A DNA stretch of 63,563 nucleotides, filler included, from Reticulomyxa filosa (GCA_000512085.1; 25 parts of 25 records of this genome joined end to end with filler, not necessarily neighbours in it), one strand, 5' to 3'. Positions 13,100 through 25,392 are shown, numbered from the whole stretch's first letter. Numbers and translations: made by a program. Notes: generated from the letters alone by a model not told the origin.

Positions 13100-13970
13100 C
13101 GCTATCCTCGTGCAGGATAACAATTTTTTTTTATTCTTTTTTTCACTTTCATTATTATTTTTTTTTTCATTTATTTTTTTCTTTCTTATTCTTTTTTTAT
13201 TATGCCCTTTTTTTTTTTTCTTTTTCATTATTCATCCTTTTTTTTTATTACTACCTTTTTTTTTTCCAACTTTTTTCTTATTTGTTATTTCATTTTTTTT
13301 CCCTTTTTTTTTTTCTTTTTTATTATTTCATACTTTTTTTTTATTTCATCCTTTTTTTCATTTATTATTTTTATTACTCATTTTCTTTTCCCCCATACTT
13401 TATTTTATCCCCTTCTTTCAACTTCCAAAGAAATGATACCTTCAGTCCATTTTGCTGCACCGGATATACCTATATACAAACACAAAGTTATGCTTTAAAA
13501 TTTTTTAAAAACAAAAAAAATATATCCATAACTATATAAGATTGCCACGACACGAACACAATTGCTTTTTTCCTATAAAACGCTTCAAATGTTTGTTTGT
13601 TTTTTTTTGGAGGATACAAATAAATATATAAAATACATATACAAATATAGGCTTTCGTTTGGGGGAATTCCTATTTCATCACAAGACAAACAAGCATTAT
13701 AGCAAAGGTATACGTGTAAATAAATAAAAAACATATACAAACCTTTTTTGTTTTTTTTGTAAACGGAGTAGACTTCAACCCCATGATCATCAATATTTTT
13801 TTTTGTGTGTAAGGGGGGTATATATAAACGAAATCTTGGCAGGACGGGGGAACCTATAAAACATAAAACATAAAACATTTAATGTATTTAAAAAAAAAAA
13901 AAAGAAAATAGGACAAACCAGTTTCTCTCCTTGCGGAGACGGGGGTGGTTGCTACCCCATTTTCTTCTTT
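13100..13970. repeat. Dispersed structured element, copy 1 (T-rich tract plus GC motif islands)
   Basis: GGGGGAATTCCTATT at 13661, GACTTCAACCCC at 13771 and TCTCCTTGCGGAGACGGGGGTGGTTGCTACCCCAT at 13926-13960. Homologous motifs occur on two other contigs. Confidence 0.8.
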
Positions 13971-15979
13971 GTATTCCATCGTGTTATCCTATTGCAAATC
14001 ACACAAGACATGGTTATAAATGGAATATAAATGAAAACAAAATACTTTACCTTCGCTTGGTCATTTGCCCATTTCAAATCACATAAGTGGTTATAATATT
14101 TATTATAATTCCAACACTATTTGCCCCACAATGCCTGCAATCGACTATTTTGGCAATTATTTTCTATGCACAAATAATAATGTCTATCATTGAACAGCAA
14201 AAAAGAAAAGAAAACAAAAATAACTTGGCAACATCAATGGTATCGTCGACGCTTGAATTGACAGTAATTGATATGCAGTATTTTGCAAGCGTTTATTTGA
14301 GTTAGAACAATATGTATAAATAGATTTGTGATTATGCCAGTTTGACTATGATTGCAAAGGCTATGTTAAAGGCTAAGTGCCATGTGATATCATGCCTTGA
14401 TAATAGAGTACTGATTCACATACGAGGATAGGTACCACGACCAACTTGTTCGTCGGCTGCGTTGTAGCCCACTTTCCTCATTTGCGCTAACAGCGCCTCT
14501 ATCATACCAAAGGCATTTTTGGGGCAATAAAATGATAACGACGGACTTGCGTCAAAGTTTGCACCAGCAATTGCAGCTGTCTGTGCCATCATTCCAAGTA
14601 TACGTCGACATTTTTTTTTCTTTTATCAATGGCACTGTGCAGTCTTAATATCTACTTATTTGTTTGTTTTTGTTTGTTTTAAAACAAAAAAAAAAAAGAA
14701 AGTAAAAGAACTCAACATTATGACATCGGACAATACTATCAATCGCGGCGAAATTTTGGCTTTGCGCAAATGTGCGATTGATATTTGTTTGAATGATACA
14801 GCAATGCTTGTGACCAAAAAATCTGCAGTGGCTGGTAATGTTGGTGTTTGTGGCTGCATTGCATCAGAAAAGTTCAAATCCAATATTCAAAGTCGATATT
14901 CGTTCAATGTTGTTGCACCATTTATTCCATGATTGTATGATTACAATTACCTCCACTTTGCCATTGCTGTTATTTTTATTTTTTTAAAAAAATCATTTCT
15001 AAATAAAATCAATATACAATTCATCTCCACCCTTTCTATCTCTTGATATACGTAAACATCCTTTTTTTTATTTTTTAATGACCATTTTTTTTTTCATTCA
15101 GTCTTTCTGTTTCTGTTATGTCTGAATGTTACTGCTGTGAATGTACATTTGTATGTTGTATGTTGTATAGTCGAAATTGATATGAATACACTCATTGTCG
15201 ACGTTCTGGAGCGCAAGCTCTTTTTGGACTGCTTTGTGTTGGCACTAAGAGTGCTTTGACAAATACGTATAATTTTATTTGTTGGCCGCATCAACTCATT
15301 GTTGGAAATTTGCAATGAAAATGTGCTAGTCATGCTATTGCATAATTGTAGACATTGCTCATGTGTCAACGTTTCAAATTTCCACATGTAGCTGAACAAT
15401 TTATCACGTGATATTGCCATTACGTTCATATTGATATGCTTTTGTCTGTTCGTCACACTTGTGCTACTCTCACTTGTGTTTAACGTCACAGCAAATACAT
15501 TCAATACATGCAGCGCCACAAACACCAACGACACTTTCATGCTGCTGTTAACTAACCAAAAATTTTCACTCAATATTTTTCATCAGTTTGCCCCCTCCAC
15601 TTCTGCTGGGCACACTGAAACAAAAGAGCATCAATCATCAAGAAAGCCACTTTAACAAAACATTTATGGCAAGCGAATGTATTTGTAAAACTTTAAATGG
15701 ATTGCAAACGATTTATGTAAATACCAAGTTGATTAGAAAATGGATTTGTTTTGTGCATTTCACTGCAGCCCAAGACGAAAACAGTTAGTCCTTTCTAATT
15801 TAAAAATTCTTTTCACTTAAGAAGATAAATATAAATAGAGCAAAAAAAGCACTATCTCCAATCAAAAATGGAAAAAGTGTATAAAGTACAAATTTCAATA
15901 ATTTTCAAAAAAAACAAGAACAAAATATTCAATACAAAAATGGTCACTTAGCACTTCATCCATCTTTAATATAATCTGC

Positions 15980-16975
15980 TGTTCTTTGTGAAAACACATA
16001 TAGATCTAATCGGGCTAAGACAAGTATCGTGAGAGAAAAAATGTTCTTTGATACGCCCGTGATAATGACATGCCCTTTCGAATATTATTATTCAAGAGAC
16101 CAACTCAACGGGGTCATGACTTTAATGAAGTAAGGGTCCATGTGCTTGGGGATCGAAATCCCATTTATCATTGGCTCTTTCAACAACACAATGCAATGAT
16201 GAGTTCGGCTAAGTGTGTGTGTGAGTTCCTCCTTGGAAAAGTACTTGAGCTGGCCACGTCCATCGGACATGACCAAGATGTTGTCACAAATAGTGTCACA
16301 TTTGAATATCCTATTTTTGAAGATTTGATACCCATGTACTAACAGCAGTGTTTTCAGAAAAAGCACCAGACTGAGCACTGACGCTGACAGGCTGTCAGGT
16401 CAAATCAGAGGGATAAATAGCACAGTAAGCATGTAAGGGAGTAAAATGTTAGTACGTTGTACAAATCTCCGTTTCTTTAATGTGTTAGAGAAAAAATATC
16501 ATGCACAACTATGAAGGGGAGAGGAGGGAGAAAAAGCTCGTAAAGCAACAAACCTGTGTGCGTGTGGACATAAATTCGTAATACTTAAAGTTAAAACAAT
16601 TCAAAAATAAATAAATAAATAAAACGTTTAGTAATTTAAAACAAAAATTGGAAAGTCATTTTTTTTTGACAGCAGAAGGGGCGACGAGAACGGAAAAAAG
16701 ATTTTTTGTTATAATCAATGATCTTTTGAAGTACAGATAGTTCTTGAAGAGCTAATAACAAAAAAATGACGAAAAAGATGGTGTTATGGTGGTGGGTGTT
16801 ATGGTGCAACACTTTGGTTATGTGGATGATGTTGGTAACGACTGGTGACATGAGCTCGTATCCGTCAGACGACCCTTGCATTGGATGCAACCAAGCTCAA
16901 AACTGTTCAACAGAAGGCTGGGTGTGTATTGAATTGCCAGCAAACAGACACAGCGTGGGCGCACACGATCACGCT
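15980..16975 (+). repeat. Diverged ~1-kb direct repeat, copy 2
   Basis: Same blocks as copy 1. ORF 16766 (MTKKMVLWWWV...CIGCNQAQNCSTEGWV) parallels the frame from ATG 9567 (MKKMVSLWWV...CIVCNQIQNCSTEGWV). Confidence 0.9.
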
Positions 16976-19900
16976 TAGTGTTCCACAACGCATTGCGTTT
17001 GAACATAACCAAGTTATTTGAGTTTTGGCGAGCATTTATTTCGACTGATACATTTTCGAATGGGGTAAGTACTTTCTCAATGCAAGTATACGTAAACCAT
17101 GCTTTCCTTTTTTTTTTCAAAAAAAGTTTTCGCAAAAAAAAAAAAAAAGGAAATGACCACATTGAAGGCTACGTGGAATACATTGAAGAAAACTACACTG
17201 TTTTTTTATTTGTACATGTCCCCGATTTGAAATTTGCTTTGTTATGTGTTTTCATTAACTTGATCGAAGAGACATTTATGAGCATCCAAGTCTTGACAAA
17301 TTCTAAATTGATCGTTGGAAGATAATGAAGTTGAACTTACCAGTTATCCTAAACTTTTGAAAAGCAAAAAAAGGAATTTAAAATTAAATTAGTGGATAAT
17401 TATTGTGATCGAAGTGAGAAAAAAGTTGATTTCACAGAAATTTAAAAAAAAAAAAAGCACTCCTTTCTGAGCCTATTAAATGATAGGATATCCAAAAAAA
17501 ATTCCACCGAAATTGGAGTATCTGATAAAAATGTGTAACAATTTCTTATTGTTTTGGTATATCATGTGTAATAACGGACAAAAGGAAATTACGATCAATG
17601 CATACCTCCCAATGGAGAAGGTGGATTGAGCTTAATGCAATGATGAAAAGGGGTTTCAAGAAGGACAGCAAAGAACCCGTCAAGAACAAAAAAGAAGAAG
17701 AAGAAGAGAGCTAGAACAGATGATCAAAAATCACTTGGCTCTATCTTTGATCAAGGATGGTAGAATTGTGATTTTCACAGTCAACGCAGAGTATACGTGC
17801 TTCTGTATGAATTGGGTTATATGATTTGGAGGCACTCCATATTGCAGAGAATATACGTAGCACTACCATCGTAGTGGCTACCAACAAAGAATCGGAGCAG
17901 TTTTTATGGGTTTCCAAGGCATGCGTGCAAGGAGATTGATTGGATATACAAATTCCAAAAAATGAAGCCAAAGAATTGTAAATTGTGTATACGTTTGATC
18001 TGATTGATATAAAGTGCAATGTCTTTGATATTGTTTGACTTAAAGATGTTCGTTACTATTTTTATGACATTTTTGACGACGTTGAAATGCCTTGTGATGG
18101 ACGAGTTGATAGCGTCGGCCCTGGCAGCTCGGGCTTTATTCACGCACTTCATTGATGATAATAATAATACTATTAAACCATGTTATCATTTGTATTTAAT
18201 CAAAAATAATTATTATTATTTTGTGTATGTATTGTGCAATCTCTTCAAATGACTTCATTTTAGTAAATGCTCGTTGAATGTTTTTTGAGAAACGGCGATC
18301 CAAACAATTTATGATAAAAGAATTAAATAGACAGCATTATATAATTTATGTACGTTTTATTTTTTTGGAGTGTATGATTAAAATTTATTTATACCTTATT
18401 GATATTTCTCTAAAAAAGCTTTCCAATTAACGAGTACGTAGATTAGCAAAATCAATGATTTGATTTTTCAAGTCTATCAAACACACAATACATCATAATT
18501 TACAATATATGGAAACTAATCTAAAAATTTCTTTTTTTATTTGTTATGAAAAACTAATTATTAGTTTTTTTATTTTGTTTATTGTAGCACTAAATAGTAA
18601 GAATTATTATTCAATAGTAAAAGAAATCCAAATTAATAGATACAATATATTTCAGCATATCAATTAAATAACATTAACAATCAAAACTGTGTAATATAGG
18701 GCAAGCCCCTTACTGTAATTTAAAGCATTGTGTTGGACATAATGTTAACTTAAGACAGACACCTTAACAAGATTGTTTTTTTCATCAATACCACTCATTT
18801 GTGTCTTTGAAAAGACATTCAAATTTTTTTAAAAAAAGAATTTAACACTTGAGAAAAAATTGTAATGAAAATACAAAAACACAGACATCCTTCCATGTAT
18901 CAAAAATTGCTCCCCTTCTTAAAAAAAACAAAAAACCAATAAAACACTTTGCCCTTTATATAACCCTAAATCAGTTTCAGTGTAACAATTTTTCTTGTCC
19001 ACACTTCTCCATGTGACGTGGCAAAACAAAATTCGTTTACCCTTTGAATCCAAACACAGACAAATAATTTTATTCTTTTTGCACAGTTATTTCTAACATA
19101 CATATACACATAATATATATATAAAACAGAACATAAGTAGCGTACTTTCTGTCGTTGCTGTCAAACAAGCAAGGAACTCCTTCTTTCATCTTTACCAAAG
19201 CCGATTGACTCGAATACTTGTGGGATGCCACTTTATTGTCCTTGTCACCATCTTTCCATTGCAATTGATATNNNNNNNNNNNNNNNNNNNNNNNNNNNNN
19301 NNNNNNNNNNNNNNNTTAATTAATTAANNNNNNNNNNNNNNNNNNNNNNNNNNNNNNNNNNNNNNNNNNNNAAAAAAAAAATGTGTCTAGTTTCTAACGA
19401 TTTTCAAACATTTCTAAGAACATCATGTACAAACCTTTTTTTTTTTACATCTGACGGTTCGAGTCTAGAAAGTTCCAAATGGCGTGTAGTGTTTTACAAA
19501 ACGATTGGCTATCTTATTATTTTGATTCAATGATGAAGAATAAACAGTGCAAATGAGCGCCAAATGTAATTTTTTATTTTAGCTCACTCTATTGTTACAA
19601 AGAGCGTGATTGCCGCACGGCAGAAAAAAGATTTTCAAAGAGCACCTCGCAAAGAAAACGCAAATTTTTGATAGATTTAAAAAAACCAAAAGACAACAAC
19701 AACCAAACAAAACTTGAAACCAGAACCGAAACAAAAAGAAACACAAAATTATCACTAAGTGTTTGGGATAATTATTTGATAGAAAATATTTATTGTTAGT
19801 TATAAGATCTTTGTCCTTCCCAAAATAGGGCAGAGATTACAAATAAAATATAAAAAAAAAGGCACACACATGGAAGAAACAAGAAGGAGAAGAGAACGAG

Positions 19901-19997
19901 AAAAAAATTCTGACAAATATTGCTTACATTTTTTTTTTTTATTTTTTAAAAGGGGTATTTAAAAAAAAAAAAAAAAAAAAATTATACGTCGCTTTTA

Positions 19998-21074
19998 TTA
20001 AAATAATAGAACACCTATACGACTGAAACAACACTGACAACCTTTGCATAAGCATCGATAAAGAGGCTCATACTTTGAAAACATAAGTAAAAGACATATG
20101 CAATTAACAACTAGATCAGCAATCACGCCGACGCTCCAATACAAAGTGATATAAAGGACCATACTGACAACAGTGCTAAAGACCATCGTTAGCGTGACGG
20201 AAGTAACACGAACTAACAGCTTATACAAAATGGAATTTTCTGCAAATTGTTTGGTTGCAATGTCTTTTTCTTTGGAAGGTACTGCTCGATGTGATGGCGG
20301 CTGCGGCTGCGGATTTGACGATAGCTCTTCACTTATATAAACGTGCATTATCACTCCCCCTGTATTTTCTGGTCGCTCCATTGCTACAAAGTCGTTTTCG
20401 ATAATATATTGATGTTGCTGCTTCGCAATCACAATAAGTGGTTTAACAAACAGGCTCAGCAAAAGCAGATTCACGGCCATATCAAATATCGCAATCATTA
20501 ATGCTCCCCAAATTGGATAATGCAATGAACAAATATGCGCCCCATCCTTTGCTATTCCTTCCAAATGCGTTCTCCCTGTCATCACAGGAAGTGGCACGCC
20601 CAAACTCAAATATGCAATATTTAACGTATGCAATGAAACAATTATTAGTCGGTTGTATACGTACGCACTGGTCGAAAACGCTGCTTGCAGTCGAAATGTC
20701 AGGCATTCGTAAATAAAAAATTTGTGAATACAATAACACACAATCGTGGCCCACTGTCTTCGACAATTCAGTGAATAGGTCGTTGTTAGCTGGTGATAGC
20801 TTAACACTTCCACCGTCAAGGCTGCGATCGCTGTTGCCAGTGCTAATGCCGTTATGATCTTTAAAAATGTATTGTACGTCGCTTCTCTCAGATAAGGACA
20901 ACACACAACATTCCGAAAAGGGCCATCATTGTCTTCAATGTCCCTCGTAGGCTTGTCCACCAACCAGAACACAATATGCAGCACCAAAAAGAGACCGAGC
21001 AACGAAACGGCTATCCAATACAACGGATACAATACATCTTGACCTTCTTCGTTCCCACCATTTAAAGCAATCAT
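19998..21074 (-). CDS. 7-transmembrane GPCR-like receptor
   Basis: About seven hydrophobic helices, a TM3-end motif (HKFFIYECLTFRLQAAF), LLLSLFVKPL, a long third loop and a Cys-rich tail (LYRCLCKGCQCC). The first in-frame ATG is at 21074. Confidence 0.8.
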   Translation of the reverse strand: MIALNGGNEEGQDVLYPLYWIAVSLLGLFLVLHIVFWLVDKPTRDIEDNDGPFRNVVCCPYLREATYNTFLKIITALALATAIAALTVEVLSYHQLTTTYSLNCRRQWATIVCYCIHKFFIYECLTFRLQAAFSTSAYVYNRLIIVSLHTLNIAYLSLGVPLPVMTGRTHLEGIAKDGAHICSLHYPIWGALMIAIFDMAVNLLLLSLFVKPLIVIAKQQHQYIIENDFVAMERPENTGGVIMHVYISEELSSNPQPQPPSHRAVPSKEKDIATKQFAENSILYKLLVRVTSVTLTMVFSTVVSMVLYITLYWSVGVIADLVVNCICLLLMFSKYEPLYRCLCKGCQCCFSRIGVLLF

Positions 21075-21623
21075 GCGTGCCAAATCCGTGTGCGCACTGT
21101 TGTTTTTTTTTTTGAACAGAAGCAAAAACTCAGTTAGACGGTTCACTAGCTAACCATCAACAGGGAAGCAGTGTGAAAGATCGTGCATTTTGATTGTTAT
21201 TGTGATATCGTTTTGATTGGCTGTTTAAAAATGTGACAATAATTTTTTTACTTGAATTGTATTTTTCAAATATATAAAGACAAAATTTGGAAAGTGATCC
21301 TCAACTCGATGATCACATATTTACTTATGACTTAGACTTTAGCAAATTTGAGCTGTTTCCATAATAAAAAACTATTTTTTTTTTTTGCTAACTTATATTT
21401 AATTTTTTCTGTAGTAGATGTTTGGATTGTTAACGGACACAAAAAAAAAAACAACAACAAAAGAATGAGATAATTCTTTCTTTCAATAAATCTCCATTTT
21501 TTTTTTTTTTGCTGTGTATCACACAATTTTGATTATCGATTTACTCCATTTCATGTTGTCCATAATTATCACCATCGACAAGAGAGAAGTAAGGTATCAA
21601 ATTATTCAAATGAAACAAAAGGT

Positions 21624-23000
21624 TTATGAAACGGCGAGTTGAAGGGATTGTCCGAGTTCAGAAATGGAAGTGGAAGCAATATCCTTACCACGAAGACAGT
21701 GCAAAACGGTACGAACATCAACAGTTTGGCGTGTATTGAAGAAATCAAGCAAAGTGAATAGTTTGAAAAGTTCTTGATCTTGAGATTGCAAAGGATCCCA
21801 TTGAGGTATGACAATGGCATTTTCAGGGAACAATTGCATATTCTTAGGATCCGAATCGATAACAAGGACTTGTCCAAGTGATCGACGTAGCAAATGCAAA
21901 TCTTTGCAGTAATGGCCATTAAAAAAGCAACAATCATTTTTCCAGAAATAGCGAGACACCATTCCTCCCATTTCGTCAAGTTTGATCAAATCAGGACTGT
22001 CCGTCCACTCGGTTTTATCTTCCATGCCAAACAACACCACCTCCCATCCTTGCATCGTGGCACGAGTGATCATCTCTTTGTAAAAAGGACGAATCGCCCG
22101 AGTGATACCTTCCCGTCGCGACCATGAAGAATGGCAAACGGCATGCAGATCAACTACCAAAGTACGTCGCGCCGCATGTTTTTTCGCCAAGCCAGAAAAA
22201 GAAGACGATGATGAAGAAGAAGAAGATGACGGTGATGACGAAGAAGAAGAAAATGAAGAAGAAGATGACGATGATGAAGAAAATGTCAACAATTCCGACG
22301 ATGAGGATGACGATGACGAAACGGTTTGAGTTGCTCTCCATAATTTACTGGCAAGAGACTCACAGTTGTAATATGTGGGAACAGTGTTAGTGAGACTCGA
22401 CAAAAGGGCAAGACAATAAGCTTTGAAATGATCCCAAACGATATGAGAGACAGACCAATCTTCTGGAGTAATTAGAATTCCATTTGGAAACTGTCTTTTC
22501 TTTTCAATGTATTGCCCCAACGATAATGTCTTCCTACGAGGCATCCATTCCATCATACCTCGTCCCCCTCCTTCTCCTTCTCCTTCCCCTTCCCCTCCTC
22601 CTCGCTGTTGTTGTTGTCGTCGTCGTCCGTAACTACTACAAATAGATAGCCTCCACTTCATTTCGTCGAGTATATTGCAAATGCAAGACACCAACGCACC
22701 AAACGACACCACCATCATATCACCCACCACGCTACGCACATCTATTTGCCATCTCTCATTGCCTGTCATTTCTTTCTTTTCTGTCTCCACTGTGTCCGCT
22801 ATTGATACACTTCTCTCCACTCCATTGCACCACCAATCAAGCCTACATTCTCGCTCTCTCCCTTCCTCTTTTCGCTCGTTCCCGATTCTCCTCTCTTTTT
22901 CTCTTGTCCCGTTCCATTGGTACGTCATCTCTTTCTTTTTCTTCTGTTGTGGTTTGTCAGACAATCTCAATGGCAGACCACCTTTTTCTTCTTCTTTCAA
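21624..23000 (-). CDS. TIM50: TIM50-like NIF/FCP1-domain protein (5' part uncertain)
   Basis: RTLVVDL..VCHSSWSRREG....IRP, WEVVLF, GHYCKDLHLLRRSLGQVLVID, LFPENAIVIPQW and DVRTVL...GKDI match the Tim50 subfamily of the NIF domain. Confidence 0.75.
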   Translation of the reverse strand: MKEEEKGGLPLRLSDKPQQKKKKEMTYQWNGTREKERRIGNERKEEGRERECRLDWWCNGVERSVSIADTVETEKKEMTGNERWQIDVRSVVGDMMVVSFGALVSCICNILDEMKWRLSICSSYGRRRQQQQRGGGEGEGEGEGGGRGMMEWMPRRKTLSLGQYIEKKRQFPNGILITPEDWSVSHIVWDHFKAYCLALLSSLTNTVPTYYNCESLASKLWRATQTVSSSSSSSSELLTFSSSSSSSSSFSSSSSSPSSSSSSSSSSFSGLAKKHAARRTLVVDLHAVCHSSWSRREGITRAIRPFYKEMITRATMQGWEVVLFGMEDKTEWTDSPDLIKLDEMGGMVSRYFWKNDCCFFNGHYCKDLHLLRRSLGQVLVIDSDPKNMQLFPENAIVIPQWDPLQSQDQELFKLFTLLDFFNTRQTVDVRTVLHCLRGKDIASTSISELGQSLQLAVS

Positions 23001-23193
23001 TGAATTGTTATATATCTTTTTTTTTTTTTTTTTTTTTTTTTGGTTTTTTTTTTTTAAAAANNNNNNNNNNNNNNNNNNNNNNNNNNNNNNNNNNNNNNNN
23101 NNNNTTAATTAATTAANNNNNNNNNNNNNNNNNNNNNNNNNNNNNNNNNNNNNNNNNNNNTTTTTTATATTTAAAAAAAAAAAAAAAAATGGT

Positions 23194-23955
23194 ATGTGTG
23201 GGGGGTGTAACATATTTGACAAAGCAAAAAGACTAACAGGTAAATCATCAGAACAAATGTCGAAATGGACGATATCGGTAGTATTGATGTGTTTTTTGTT
23301 TGGACTGGGATACATTTTCTCATCATCGGTGACGTATACGGTGGCGTTTGTGGAGGACACTTTAAGTTGCAATATCAATTACCGCTTTTTGTTGTTTGTA
23401 TTGCAAAGGGCCCTGCTACATGGGTACTTTATCGAGCGCTTGCGTCTCGTATTTCGTGGGTCGATATATGGATACTCGCCGTGGTTTTTTCGAGTGTGTT
23501 ATGTTGTGTTATGTTTAGCTGTAGTATCGAGTTCCGTTTGGTATTTTTATCTAGTCAGCAAAAATTGCTATGATAGCGTTACTGTCGCTCTCGGAACATT
23601 GCTTGCTGTATGTTGGGACGCAGCCATTGGTCTTTGTGTGTGCGGTTGTTTTGTCTATAAACTCAAGCAAGTAATGCAATTGGTTCATGCTTGCAATGAC
23701 ACCGATTTTTCAGACGGTCGATCTCAAAAAAACTCTCTCAAAATGCAACAAGTCATTTATCGTCTTACCGTCTTAGCATGTACAGGGGTCCTTGTTTCAT
23801 TTTTCGCCGTCTCCTTATATGCCTTTGTTGGCACTCCTGCCGCTGTCATGGAAATTTTTTTCAACAGCTTTTTGCTTTCTCTCAGCTTCAAGGCCTACAA
23901 TAAATGGTTTCATTTTTGGTGCGCTCCTTGTCTTATTTTGTGTCCACCGAAATAA
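23194..23955 (+). CDS. 7TM GPCR-like receptor, 5'-partial; paralog of 19998-21074
   Basis: About six hydrophobic helices. QRALLHGYFIERLRLVFRGSIYGYS parallels TFRLQAAFSTSAYVYN, with FVYKL and a Cys-rich tail. Confidence 0.8.
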   Translation: MCGGCNIFDKAKRLTGKSSEQMSKWTISVVLMCFLFGLGYIFSSSVTYTVAFVEDTLSCNINYRFLLFVLQRALLHGYFIERLRLVFRGSIYGYSPWFFRVCYVVLCLAVVSSSVWYFYLVSKNCYDSVTVALGTLLAVCWDAAIGLCVCGCFVYKLKQVMQLVHACNDTDFSDGRSQKNSLKMQQVIYRLTVLACTGVLVSFFAVSLYAFVGTPAAVMEIFFNSFLLSLSFKAYNKWFHFWCAPCLILCPPK

Positions 23956-24569
23956 TACAAAAACTAACTCTTCACTCAAAAAAAAAAAAAAAAAAATATA
24001 TATATGTTACTTACAAAATTTTTGTCCAGTACTTTTGCTTTATATCGCGTCCAATTTTTTTTCGGAAATTTGTCCCAAGCCTTTTTTTTCCCCTTCCCTC
24101 TTTGTAGATTTCTAGTGTAGATTTACTACTCTTGCAATATTTTATACCAATTTTTAATTGGCTTGAGATTACTAATGCAATCTCTCATTAATGTCCAAGA
24201 TTCGAAAATTTGACAAAACGCTTTTCAAAAAGTTTTTTTTTTTGGAGGGTGATAGGGAAAAGGTGTGAGCGAAACAAGGGGCAAGGGAGGAAAAAAAAAA
24301 AGAGGCTTGACGTCGCTCACTTATTTAACGTAATTTTTCACTTTTCTAGTGGAAAGACAAATTTATACCATCTTTTCAATTTTGACTTCGAAAAATCAAA
24401 CAATGTTTACAAGAAGAGAGCCACAACAGCAACGCGGGTCGGTTGAGGAAACACAACAGATATCGGGACTAGCCAAACCCAAATGTGAGTGCGGAAAAAA
24501 AAAAGGAGGGACGGAAGAGAGCAGAGAGAACACACGTAAGACAAACACTGCCAAAAAAAAAATAAAAAA

Positions 24570-25392
24570 ATGAAAAACATTGGAATGTGCAACAGTTAGC
24601 AAAATAAAAGAATTGACACCAAACTCAGCAGGAGGTTTTAATTTGGTAGTCAAAGTGATTGAAGATCCAAAGTTGGAAATCAATCGTGTGTACTTAGACG
24701 GGACTAATCTCAAAGTGGCCAGTGTGTTAGTTGGAGACGAAACCGGTTGCATTTCTCTACATTTGAAAGATGGTATTTGCCAAAAGTGTCTTTTTTTTTT
24801 TTTTGCAATCAAAATTTAAAAAAAAAAAAAATGGACACATTTTCTGTTGCTTAAAGTTCATTCTTTTTGTTCCCATCCAAAAAAAAAAAAAAAGACAAAT
24901 GGATCTTGCGAAAAAAGATGACGTGCTAGTTTTAAGAAATGCAAAAATTCAAATGGCAAAGTTTCACATTTTTTTAAGATTAGACCAATGGGGGATCATC
25001 GAAAAATGTGAATCGAAAGAGTTTGACCACGAAGTGAACACGGAAAACAATGTTCCAAAGTGTTGTGGGAGTTGGCAGATCAAGGCCAAGGAGGAGGAGG
25101 ACAAGGTATGAGCAACCAAGGCCCGGGCATGGAAGTGCAAGGTCAAGGCATGGCAATGGGAACACAAAGTCAAGGCATGGGACAAGGTCCGAACCAGGGC
25201 ATGATGAGCAATCAAGCGCAAGGCATGGAGCAAGGTCAGGGTCAAGGCATGATGGGTAGTCAAGGTCAAGGCCAAGGTATGATGGGAGGGCAAGGCCAGG
25301 GTCAAGGCATGGGAATGGTAGGTGGTCAAGGCCAGGACCAGGGTCAAGGCCAACAGCCTCCACGACGACGAAGACGAGCGCAAAGAGGATAA
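24570..25392 (+). CDS. OB-fold nucleic-acid-binding protein with a G/Q/M-rich tail (2 exons, homopolymer frameshifts)
   Basis: FNLVVKVI...VASVLVGDETGCI and LRNAKIQM....LRLDQWGII are typical of SOSS-B/archaeal SSB-like OB folds. Probable intron 24773-24894; the tail is in frame 25060-25392. Confidence 0.8.

Noticed and set aside
13041-13539. Phe/Leu-rich ORFs here and at 42413-42886 as membrane proteins
   Set aside because: They are by-products of stop-poor T-rich tracts, open in several frames at once.
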